This document shows positions 54,305 to 64,000 of a stretch of DNA of 64,000 bases, piece by piece. A program made the translations under genes and the position numbers. Origin of the DNA: Gammaproteobacteria bacterium (GTDB lineage: Bacteria > Pseudomonadota > Gammaproteobacteria > SZUA-229). A model generated the notes under the pieces. It searched no databases and was not told the origin of the DNA. It worked only from the letters and a program-made list of their open reading frames with translations. Numbering within the stretch: position 1 is the stretch's first letter; every line of letters starts with the position of its first letter. The stretch covers positions 29,375 through 93,374 of the forward strand of contig DATCTK010000089.1 in the NCBI GenBank assembly GCA_036567985.1, written 5' to 3'.

Positions 54305-54653
54305 ACTGAATCCTCCAGATTAACCGCATTGAATCTCTATCGTCGTGCTTTGATAATGAGTGATTATATCCAGTTACCATGTCACGGGGTCTGAACAGGT
54401 TAAACTTTTAACAGACAAATATTACACCAGGACGACAGCTGTAACAGACCGTTTTTGCAATGGGTGGCTTTAAGCTGAAAGCAATATGCAGGCCACAAAC
54501 AAATACATAAACGGCCCGGTCCACAAGCCTTAAGAACACGGCTTGAACCAATATCAGGCGATGCACCTCTATCGCAACCGCACTGATAAGATGCAGAGTG
54601 AAACCAACGGCACCGGTTCTGTGCTAAATAGCCTGTGCGTTATCGTCAGCGGC

Positions 54654-55316
<663 letters not shown>

Positions 55317-55413
55317 GATGAGCCTCTATGCCTTAAGCGTTGGGTTAACTGGGGCAATGCTAACACGCCTTACCCGCCTGATGATGCTATTCCGAATTGA
55401 AAAGTATGCGCAA

Positions 55414-56910
55414 TCAGGCCGGCTTGTGCCAGCCACTCACACAGTCGGTAAACAGACGTTCCATGCCCGGCACATCCCAGCTACCAGAACGGTAACGGTC
55501 GACCGAAATGCGGTCTTTCCAGGCCTCCATTAGCGGTTCGATAATCGACCAGCTTTCCTCAACTTCATCGGCGCGGGAAAACAGCGTGGCATCACCAATC
55601 AGCACATCGTGCAATAGCACCTCGTAAGCGTCCGACACATCATCGCCATTTTCCGAATAGGGTGCGCGCATCGCCATGCGCTGAGAGTCTGTGGTGAGCC
55701 CCGGTTTTTTTGCATTCATATGCAGGGTAATACCTTCGTCCGGATGCACCCGAAAAATCAGTGAATTGGCCCGGGGTGGCGTGGCGTGGGTATCGAACAG
55801 ATTAAACGGTGGTTTACGAAAACGGATAACGATTTCCGACACCCGTTCCGGCAGACGCTTGCCCGTCCATAAAATAAACGGCACCCCCTGCCAGCGCCAG
55901 TTGTCGATATGAAAACGCACCGCGGCAAAGGTTTCGGTAACAGAGTCCGGTGACACATCATCTTCGGCCACATAGGCTTTAACCGCCTCGCCCTGCACCG
56001 TGCCCGAACCGTATTGTGCCGCTACCGCCTGCGCGCTAATGTCCGCCTCGGCAAAACTGCGCACTGCACGCAGTACTTTGATTTTTTCATCACGCACCGC
56101 ATCGGCAGTGAATTCCACCGGTGGCTCCATCGCCACCAGGGTCATCACCTGCATCAGGTGACTCTGGATCATGTCACGCAATGCGCCGGCTTTTTCATAA
56201 TAGTTGGCACGGTATTCGATACCGATGGATTCCGCCGCGGATATCTGGATATGGTCGATAAAGTTTCTGTTCCACAAGGGTTCCAGAATACTGTTGGCAA
56301 AGCGATACACCAGCAGGTTCTGTACGCTTTCCTTGCCCAGGTAGTGGTCAATACGGTAAATCTGCGATTCATTCAGCAGCTGCTGTAAATCATGGTTCAG
56401 CGCCTGCGCGCTGGGCAGATCCATACCGAAGGGTTTTTCAATCACCACCCGCCGGTACCCCTGGCCTTCATCGGCCAGCCCCTGGTTGTATAAACCGCCG
56501 GCAATGGTGGTGTACCAGCGGGGTGGCACCGCACAGTAAAACAGTGCATTCACCTGTCCGTGCAGATTTTCCAGCGAGTCGGCCAGTGCCTGGTAGGTGC
56601 TTTCCTGTTCCAGGTCACCGGCAACCGATTTGAGCATACTGCTGAATGCCTGCCATTGCGCTTCATCCAGCTGGATATCGGTGCAGTATTTGTTTAAGCC
56701 TTCACGTAATGAGCGGGTCCACTCCTCGTGAGTCCGATCTTTGAATACACCGATGATCTTGCTGTCCGGGTGCAATAGACCACAACGCAACATTTTAATC
56801 AGCGCGGGAATCAGTTTGCGTTTGGTTAAATCGCCACCGGCACCGAGAATCACAATGTTCGCCGGTTCGGTGGCTTCACCACCGATACATACCATGTCTG
56901 CTGTTTCCAC
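55414..56910 (-). CDS. zwf: glucose-6-phosphate dehydrogenase
   Basis: 498 aa. Rossmann motif VILGAGGDLTKRK, the RIDHYLGKE active-site motif and C-terminal blocks. Confidence 0.92.
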   Translation of the reverse strand: METADMVCIGGEATEPANIVILGAGGDLTKRKLIPALIKMLRCGLLHPDSKIIGVFKDRTHEEWTRSLREGLNKYCTDIQLDEAQWQAFSSMLKSVAGDLEQESTYQALADSLENLHGQVNALFYCAVPPRWYTTIAGGLYNQGLADEGQGYRRVVIEKPFGMDLPSAQALNHDLQQLLNESQIYRIDHYLGKESVQNLLVYRFANSILEPLWNRNFIDHIQISAAESIGIEYRANYYEKAGALRDMIQSHLMQVMTLVAMEPPVEFTADAVRDEKIKVLRAVRSFAEADISAQAVAAQYGSGTVQGEAVKAYVAEDDVSPDSVTETFAAVRFHIDNWRWQGVPFILWTGKRLPERVSEIVIRFRKPPFNLFDTHATPPRANSLIFRVHPDEGITLHMNAKKPGLTTDSQRMAMRAPYSENGDDVSDAYEVLLHDVLIGDATLFSRADEVEESWSIIEPLMEAWKDRISVDRYRSGSWDVPGMERLFTDCVSGWHKPA

Positions 56911-56933
56911 ATTAACCTCGATCAGTCATCGAA

Positions 56934-57848
56934 CTATTTCAGGGAACGGACACTGTGCCCGCCAAAACCGGCGCGCATGGCATTCAGCACCTTGCCGGCA
57001 AAGGCATTGTCCTGTCGACTGCGAAAACGCATCTGCAGCGCCAGGGTCAGCACCGGTGTGGGCACCGCCAGGTCAATAGAATCCTGCACGGTCCAGCGAC
57101 CTTCACCTGAGTCATCCACATAGTCGCTGAGTGTAGACAGTTGCGGATCATCGGCAAAGGCATCGGCAATTAAATCCAGTAGCCAGGAACGCACCACGCT
57201 GCCGTGTTGCCAGATTTCGGAAATCTGTTGCAGATCTAGCTGCATCTCGTCTTTCGCCTGCAGCATTTCAAAGCCTTCGGCAAACGCCTGCATCATGCCG
57301 TACTCGATACCGTTGTGCACCATTTTCACATAATGCCCGGCACCGGCCGGGCCAACATGCCCCCAGCCTTTGTCGTTTGCCGGCGCCAGTGATTGCAGTG
57401 CCGGGCGCAGCAATTCGATCGCCTGCTCACTGCCACCGGCCATAATACTGTAACCATTGTCCAGCCCCCATACGCCGCCGGAGGTGCCACAGTCAACAAA
57501 GTGAATGCCCTGCTCCGCCAGCCGCTCGGCCCGCTGCATGCTCAGTCTGAAATTGGAGTTGCCACCATCCACCAGCAGGTCACCTTTTTCCACACCGGCC
57601 TGCAGCAGGTCATCGATACTCTGGTCAACATACTGGTGCGGCACCATCAACCAGATCACCCGCGCGGTATCCAGTGCCGACACCAGTTGCGGCAGGCTGC
57701 TCACCGACTGGATCGCCGGGTGTTCCCCGGCCAGCGCCTCGGCACTGCCCGGCTCCACATCATACACCACCAGTTGATGCCCATCGGCCACCAGTCTGCG
57801 CACCATATTGGCGCCCATTTTTCCCAAACCGATCATTGCCAGTTTCAT
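56934..57848 (-). CDS. gnd: 6-phosphogluconate dehydrogenase (decarboxylating), short form (~300 aa)
   Basis: Likely start MKLAMIGLGKMGANMVRRL (Rossmann GxGxxG). The shorter YqeC/GntZ-like length and conserved blocks point to 6PGDH. Placed in a zwf-pgl context. Confidence 0.75.
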   Translation of the reverse strand: MKLAMIGLGKMGANMVRRLVADGHQLVVYDVEPGSAEALAGEHPAIQSVSSLPQLVSALDTARVIWLMVPHQYVDQSIDDLLQAGVEKGDLLVDGGNSNFRLSMQRAERLAEQGIHFVDCGTSGGVWGLDNGYSIMAGGSEQAIELLRPALQSLAPANDKGWGHVGPAGAGHYVKMVHNGIEYGMMQAFAEGFEMLQAKDEMQLDLQQISEIWQHGSVVRSWLLDLIADAFADDPQLSTLSDYVDDSGEGRWTVQDSIDLAVPTPVLTLALQMRFRSRQDNAFAGKVLNAMRAGFGGHSVRSLK

Positions 57849-58356
57849 TGCCGCACTCCTGAAGTTTTTACTTAACATGGCTCTGCGTCAGCCAGAACCG
57901 GCTTTAAGCGCCGGGCGATATTGATTACCCACTCTATACATTAATTGTCTCCGTGCCCGTTTACAACTGGCAGCAAGCTTTGTACCAGCATAACCTGTTT
58001 ACACAGCGACTGATGCATTATCTACTGCAACAAGCCTGTAAAAGCAGGCTCACGTTAAACGGATCTGGGTTTGCTCTGTCGTATAGGTCGCGCTGGTACA
58101 TAATTGATTCTCTGCTGCACTGTAACCATGCCCGGCGCAGTCATTCGGTGCACTGATGGTATAACTTATGCATTCACCAACAGGTAAACGGGCAGACGCA
58201 TCATAACAGCGCCGGGCTGTGCAGAATCAGGCCGCCACAGTGCAGAATGACCCGTGCCGGTGCATCACTCGAAGAAGCCATAACGCCTTGCCCTGTTTCG
58301 GGGCGAGACAACGAACCAGCATAAGGCATTGCAGGTTTATTTACAGGACAGCTACC

Positions 58357-59577
58357 ATGATCAACAACATACTCACTATAATCCTTGCCGGCGGCGAAGG
58401 TTCTCGCCTGCAACCCCTTACACTGGGCCGCGCCAAGCCTTCGGTGCCCTTCGGCGGCAAGTACCGCATTATCGACTTTTCCCTCACCAACTGCCTGCAT
58501 TCCGGCCTGCGACGGATTCTGGTGCTCACCCAGTATAAGTCCCATTCATTGCAAAAACATTTACGCGATGGCTGGTCAATTTTTAACCCGGAGCTGGGGG
58601 AATATATTACGCCGGTTCCGGCACAGATGCGCCAGGGTGCCAAATGGTACCAGGGTACTGCCGATGCGATTTACCAGAACACCTATTTACTGCAACGCAG
58701 CGACGCTGAATACACACTGATTCTCTCCGGCGACCATATTTACCGTATGGACTATGCCAATATGCTGCAAAGCCACATCGAGATGCAGGCGGACATTACC
58801 CTGGCCTGTATGAAAGTGCCGCTGGCGCAGGCACCACAATTCGGCATTGTGCACACCGATGAACACCATCAGATCCAGCAGTTTGAGGAAAAACCGGATA
58901 AGCCACAGGCCTGCCTGGATGACCCGGATCATGCACTGGCTTCCATGGGCATTTATATTTTTTCCACCCGTCTGCTGATAGAGGAACTGGAAAAAGACAG
59001 CCTGAATGAAAACTCCAGCCACGACTTCGGCAAGGACATACTGCCCGCACTGATTCGCACCCATAAAGTTGGGGCACACTTTTTCGGTGCCGATGAAGGT
59101 CGCGTATCGCCGGATAAATACTGGCGTGATGTGGGCACCCTCGATGCCTATTACCAGGCGAATATGGATTTGCTGGAAGCAGTACCGCCACTGGATCTGT
59201 ATCAGAACGACTGGCCGATTCGTTCCTACCAGGCGCAGACACCACCGGCCCGTGCCGTGCCCGGCGACTCCGGTAATCAGGGGGTGTTTATCAATTCAAT
59301 ACTGGCCGGTGGCAGCATTATCAGCGGCAGTAATGTGTCCCATTCGGTGTTATTCCAGAATGTGTTTATTGGTGATGGCTCTATCGTGGAGAACTCGGTG
59401 CTGTTCGATAATGTAAAGATCGGTCGCAATGTAAAGCTCGACCACTGTATTATCGATAAATATGTCACCATCCCAGATGGCGAACGCATTGGTTATGACG
59501 ATAAAAATGATCGGGCACGCTTTACAGTTACAGACAACGGCATTGTCGTGGTACCGCAGGGTTATGTATTCGAATAA
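58357..59577 (+). CDS. glgC: second glucose-1-phosphate adenylyltransferase paralog
   Basis: Trimmed to MINNILTIILAGGEGSRLQPLT (an AGGA RBS lies 8 nt upstream). It is roughly half identical to the first glgC (ILAGGEGSRLQPLT, FGGKYRIIDFSLTNCLHSGLRR, WYQGTADAIYQN). C-terminal LbH. Confidence 0.88.
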   Translation: MINNILTIILAGGEGSRLQPLTLGRAKPSVPFGGKYRIIDFSLTNCLHSGLRRILVLTQYKSHSLQKHLRDGWSIFNPELGEYITPVPAQMRQGAKWYQGTADAIYQNTYLLQRSDAEYTLILSGDHIYRMDYANMLQSHIEMQADITLACMKVPLAQAPQFGIVHTDEHHQIQQFEEKPDKPQACLDDPDHALASMGIYIFSTRLLIEELEKDSLNENSSHDFGKDILPALIRTHKVGAHFFGADEGRVSPDKYWRDVGTLDAYYQANMDLLEAVPPLDLYQNDWPIRSYQAQTPPARAVPGDSGNQGVFINSILAGGSIISGSNVSHSVLFQNVFIGDGSIVENSVLFDNVKIGRNVKLDHCIIDKYVTIPDGERIGYDDKNDRARFTVTDNGIVVVPQGYVFE

Positions 59578-59616
59578 CAACAGCGACAGTGATTTCAGCT
59601 ACAGACTGGCGCGGGG

Positions 59617-60183
59617 TTATGGCTTGCGCCTCAGCCCCAGCACCTGCATCAGCTCGTCCATATTAATCGGTTTGCTCACACAGGCTTCCGCTCCGGCCAG
59701 CAGCGCGTCTTCTTTGGTTTCCGGGGTCAGGTAGCCTGACATAACAATCACTTTAATCGGCCGGGTCACAGGGTCGGCCTTGAGTAAACGGCACACCTGC
59801 AAACCATCAAGCCCGGACATTTTAAGATCCAGCAGAATGGTCTGCGGTTTGAATTTACGCACTTTAAGCCCGGCGGAGAATCCATCGTTGGCCATCTCGG
59901 TAACCAGTGGAGTATCAATGCTCTGCAACAGTTCACTCAGGCAGCTGGACAGCTGGGTGTCATCATCCACTATCAGCAGACGCTGGGCACCCTCTTTCTG
60001 TAAGCTCAGCTGCAATCCCCTTGAACTGGCAAAGCGCTCTATATCATCCGGCCTGAAACGACTATGCCCATCGGCTGTGGTGCAGGCTTCCAGCTCATTT
60101 TTTTCCACCCACTGCTGCACTGTAGCGGCTGATACCCCAAGTAATTCAGCCACCTGATGAGGGCTGAGTAATGTTTTATTCAT
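59617..60183 (-). CDS. response regulator with an N-terminal MerR/excisionase-type HTH (HTH_17-like) and a C-terminal REC domain
   Basis: Trimmed to MNKTLLSPHQVAELLGVSAATVQQWVEKNEL... REC-like region: LLIVDDDTQL...LLDLKMSGLDG...KVIVMSGY. An unusual domain order, with the HTH first. Confidence 0.65.
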   Translation of the reverse strand: MNKTLLSPHQVAELLGVSAATVQQWVEKNELEACTTADGHSRFRPDDIERFASSRGLQLSLQKEGAQRLLIVDDDTQLSSCLSELLQSIDTPLVTEMANDGFSAGLKVRKFKPQTILLDLKMSGLDGLQVCRLLKADPVTRPIKVIVMSGYLTPETKEDALLAGAEACVSKPINMDELMQVLGLRRKP

Positions 60184-60380
60184 ATGTCGGCATGTCCTTA
60201 ATGTATTCAGCACCGGAACAAGCGCTACAAATTTTATGATTTTATCGATTCTTGCGGTTTCAAAACTGAATTGCAAGCCTGTACCGCGCTCCATGTTATC
60301 GGCAGCTTGTGGTAAAACCTGTGGCCATTTTCTGCTAAAGTTAGCGCAAATAATAATTTAACGTAAATGGATAAAAACGT

Positions 60381-61334
60381 ATGCAGACGATTGATGTATT
60401 TAACGGCGATGCCGATGGCATCTGTGCACTTCACCAGATGCGACTGGCAAAGCCGATGGACAGCCAGCTGGTCACCGGTGTCAAACGGGATATCAGCCTG
60501 TTAAAAAAAGTCCAGGCCAGTGCCGGTGACCAGCTGCTGGTGCTAGATATCTCACTGGACAAGAACCGCGACGAGTTGCTGTCCCTGCTCGACAAACAGG
60601 TAAAGGTTAAATACTTTGATCATCACTTTGCCGGTGATATACCACAAACCCCCGGTCTCACCGCCCATATCGACACCGACCCCAACACCTGCACCAGCCT
60701 GCTGGTAAACCAGCATCTTAATTCACAGTACCTCGCCTGGGCAGTCACCGCCGCCTTTGGTGACAACCTGCACGCCTCGGCACGCAACGCGGCCGAGCCA
60801 TTAAAGCTCAGCCAGAACCAACTCGACGCACTGGAATTACTCGGCACCTGTATTAACTACAACGGCTATGGCGCCACCCTGGATGATCTGATTTTCAGCC
60901 CCGAAGAGCTGTATAAAAAAATCAGACCCTATGCGGACCCGTTTGATTTTATTGCCGCAGACGAAAACTACCAGACCCTGGTGAATGGCTATCAGCAGGA
61001 CCTGGCCCGCGCCGAAGCCTGCCAGGCGGATTACCAGAGCAGCAGCCACAGCCTGACCGTATTGCCCGATGAAAAATGGGCGCGCCGCGTCAGTGGCGTG
61101 TATGCCAATGCACTGGCCACCGCCAATCCTGACCGCGCCCACGCCATGTTGACCCGCCAGGGTGACGACAGTTTTCTGGTGAGTGTACGTGCACCGCTGA
61201 ACAATAAAACCGGCGCCGACGAATTGTGCCGCCAGTTTGAAACCGGTGGCGGACGCAAGGCAGCGGCGGGGATTAACCGTTTACCCGTGAGTGACTATGA
61301 TCGCTTCCTGCGGAAATTTACCGAAGCCTTTTAA
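60381..61334 (+). CDS. DHH-DHHA1 phosphoesterase, NrnA-like (nanoRNase / pAp-phosphatase type)
   Basis: 317 aa. DHH motifs I (FNGDADG), II (VLDISLD) and III (FDHHF), plus a DHHA1-like GGGRKAAAG near the C-terminus. The size matches NrnA. Confidence 0.6.
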   Translation: MQTIDVFNGDADGICALHQMRLAKPMDSQLVTGVKRDISLLKKVQASAGDQLLVLDISLDKNRDELLSLLDKQVKVKYFDHHFAGDIPQTPGLTAHIDTDPNTCTSLLVNQHLNSQYLAWAVTAAFGDNLHASARNAAEPLKLSQNQLDALELLGTCINYNGYGATLDDLIFSPEELYKKIRPYADPFDFIAADENYQTLVNGYQQDLARAEACQADYQSSSHSLTVLPDEKWARRVSGVYANALATANPDRAHAMLTRQGDDSFLVSVRAPLNNKTGADELCRQFETGGGRKAAAGINRLPVSDYDRFLRKFTEAF

Positions 61335-61504
61335 AAGCAAAGGAAACCGCAAATAAACGCGAATGAACGCAAATGCTTAATAAAATAATATTTTAATTGC
61401 GTTTATTTACGTACATTTATTCCGCACATCCTGTGCTCCACCCTTCGGGCAGTGCATTCGCACGTTCAAATTGCTCCTGCACTTTAATGCATTTTCTTTT
61501 TAGA

Positions 61505-61589
61505 CTGTAGGTTGGGGTGACGCAGGAACCCCAACATAAACCGACAGTAGATATCATCGTTGGGGTTCCTGCGTCACCCCAACCTACAG
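61505..61589. repeat. perfect 31-bp inverted repeat with a 23-nt spacer (an intergenic palindromic element)
   Basis: CTGTAGGTTGGGGTGACGCAGGAACCCCAAC ... GTTGGGGTTCCTGCGTCACCCCAACCTACAG. Each arm also contains an internal hairpin (GTTGGGGT...ACCCCAAC). Confidence 0.85.
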
Positions 61590-61626
61590 ATCGTTCAAGG
61601 ACGAACGACCAAAGGCGATGCACCTC

Positions 61627-61709
61627 CCTCTCGCAAAATACCGTACATCCTGTACATAACCGCTACCGGCGTCCTGCCTCTCGCGGAATACCGTACATCC
61701 TGTACATAA
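61627..61709. repeat. two 33-bp direct repeats, each containing a GTACA-TCC-TGTAC inverted motif. A third related site, GCACATCCTGTGC, lies at ~61426.
   Basis: CCTCTCGC(AA/GG)AATACCGTACATCCTGTACATAA at 61627-61659 and 61677-61709, 50 bp apart, upstream of purA. Confidence 0.7.
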
Positions 61710-61746
61710 AAAAAGCCCTGACAGTTTTTCTGTCAGGGCTTTTTTA
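61708..61746. terminator. bidirectional rho-independent terminator between the DHH gene and purA
   Basis: AAAAAAAGCCCTGACAG-TTTTT-CTGTCAGGGCTTTTTT. An 11-bp perfect stem flanked by an A-run and a T-run. Confidence 0.85.
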
Positions 61747-61768
61747 TACAACAAGAAACGCTGGAAAT

Positions 61769-63061
<1,293 letters not shown>

Positions 63062-63211
63062 TCACTTATGCCTTTGTTGATGTTGACTGTCTGCTATTGC
63101 ATTCAATCGAGCTGCCCTGTTTCATTTCATGCTTTCTACAGCATGGCTGCTGAAACAATGCGTTGGTTAAAAATTAAATTTCAGTAAAGCCTGCCCTGCG
63201 TAATCCGGCGC

Positions 63212-64000
63212 TCATTTAACAACCCATTCGCCGTCCAGGTTAATCAATGCACGATTACAGCCCAGCTCACTGGCATCACCCTGCTGACCCGGTAGTGACT
63301 GGATTACCGTTTCACCCTGCGCGCGCAGGTTACGGATTTTTGCCCAGAGTGAGCTATCGTCCTGGGTCGTGGACAGCGCCGGTGCCAGAATCGCATCATC
63401 GGTTAAACGGTTCGATGTATAGTTCGACAGATTGAGCAGGGTTTTTAAATCGGTGCTGAAACCAGTCGCCGGGCGCGCACGACCAAACACCTTTCCGATG
63501 TCATCATAACGACCACCGCGGGCAATTTCCTGACCCTCACCTGTGGTATAGGCGGCGAATAATAAACCGGTATGGTAGTGATAACCGCGCAGTTCCGATA
63601 AATCAAAATGAATTGACACGTCACTGACCCGTGTTTTAAACAGGGTCACGGCGTTTTGCAGATAGTTCAGCGCGTCTTTCACCTCATCATCCGCCTCCGC
63701 AAAGGCTTCACTGGCACGTTGCAAACACTCTTCGCCACCGTGTAACTCCGGTAGCAGGTTGAGCATGTCCGCAATCGGCTGTGGCAGTTTCTGCTCCTGA
63801 ATAAACGCCTGTATTTCCGGAATCGCCTTACGTTGCATCATTTCAAACAGCGCTGCTTCCTGTTCGCGATTAAAACCGGCCTGTTTGCTCAGGCCGCGAT
63901 AGATACCCACGTGGCCAATATCAATATACAGTGTGTCGATACGGGCGGCGTTCAGTGTTTCCACCATCAGGCACAGCACTTCCACGTCACTTTCTATGCC
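63212..64000 (-). CDS. hisZ: ATP phosphoribosyltransferase regulatory subunit (HisS paralog), partial; the N-terminus lies beyond the window end
   Basis: The C-terminal ~260 aa has a class-II aaRS-like core (GYHYHTGLLFAAY, GGRYDDIGKVFGRARPATGFS). The hisZ-purA adjacency is typical of gammaproteobacteria. Confidence 0.75.
   Translation of the reverse strand, partial: GIESDVEVLCLMVETLNAARIDTLYIDIGHVGIYRGLSKQAGFNREQEAALFEMMQRKAIPEIQAFIQEQKLPQPIADMLNLLPELHGGEECLQRASEAFAEADDEVKDALNYLQNAVTLFKTRVSDVSIHFDLSELRGYHYHTGLLFAAYTTGEGQEIARGGRYDDIGKVFGRARPATGFSTDLKTLLNLSNYTSNRLTDDAILAPALSTTQDDSSLWAKIRNLRAQGETVIQSLPGQQGDASELGCNRALINLDGEWVVK

Overview
This is a gammaproteobacterial-type chromosomal window. 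All calls come from reading the sequence and the ORF track; nothing has been checked against a database.

Bases 1-18,150 form a dense copper-homeostasis island. It carries a CopA P1B-ATPase with YHS and tandem CPMHP...CPxCGM metal-binding repeats, and a SHOCT protein. It also has Met-rich and His/Met-rich periplasmic proteins, three small c-type cytochromes and a porin-like OMP. The efflux operon is copG(DUF411)-cusC-cusB-cusA, and its CusB carries a C-terminal CusF-like domain. A divergent cusRS two-component pair has a CusR-box-like palindrome in its promoter.

A ~940-bp non-coding gap follows and contains a tRNA 3'-end fragment at 18302-18328, the kind of remnant left at an island attachment site.

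Next is a translationally coupled higB-higA toxin-antitoxin pair and a primase-polymerase (AEP) plus SF2 helicase fusion gene. A single in-frame TAA at 21390-21392 interrupts the helicase gene.

After that come a periplasmic substrate-binding protein (SBP) paired with a hybrid PAS histidine kinase, and an MFS transporter. Housekeeping genes follow: a YkgJ-like gene, cspA, dsbB, a hemolysin-III gene and a DUF389 gene. Then come an intergenic region with repeat elements, a PilZ protein beside an uncharacterised 317-aa protein, and a second cusBA pair. Its CusB carries an N-terminal metal-binding domain, and no OMF gene sits beside it.

The remainder is a large glycogen and oxidative pentose-phosphate cluster: glk, PGM1-type pgm, glgP, malQ, a GH57 gene, glgC, glgB, glgA, pgl, zwf, a short gnd and a second glgC paralog. 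It ends with an HTH-REC regulator, an NrnA-like DHH phosphoesterase, purA and a partial hisZ.

No rRNA, intact tRNA or CRISPR array was seen.

The most unusual items are the interrupted AEP-helicase coupled to higBA next to the tRNA remnant; the CusB domain fusions and duplication; and recurring intergenic repeat families. These are a 33-bp near-palindrome element in two copies, GTCNTTN heptad arrays at two loci, an inverted-repeat-bounded ~450-bp element, and a perfect 31-bp inverted repeat.
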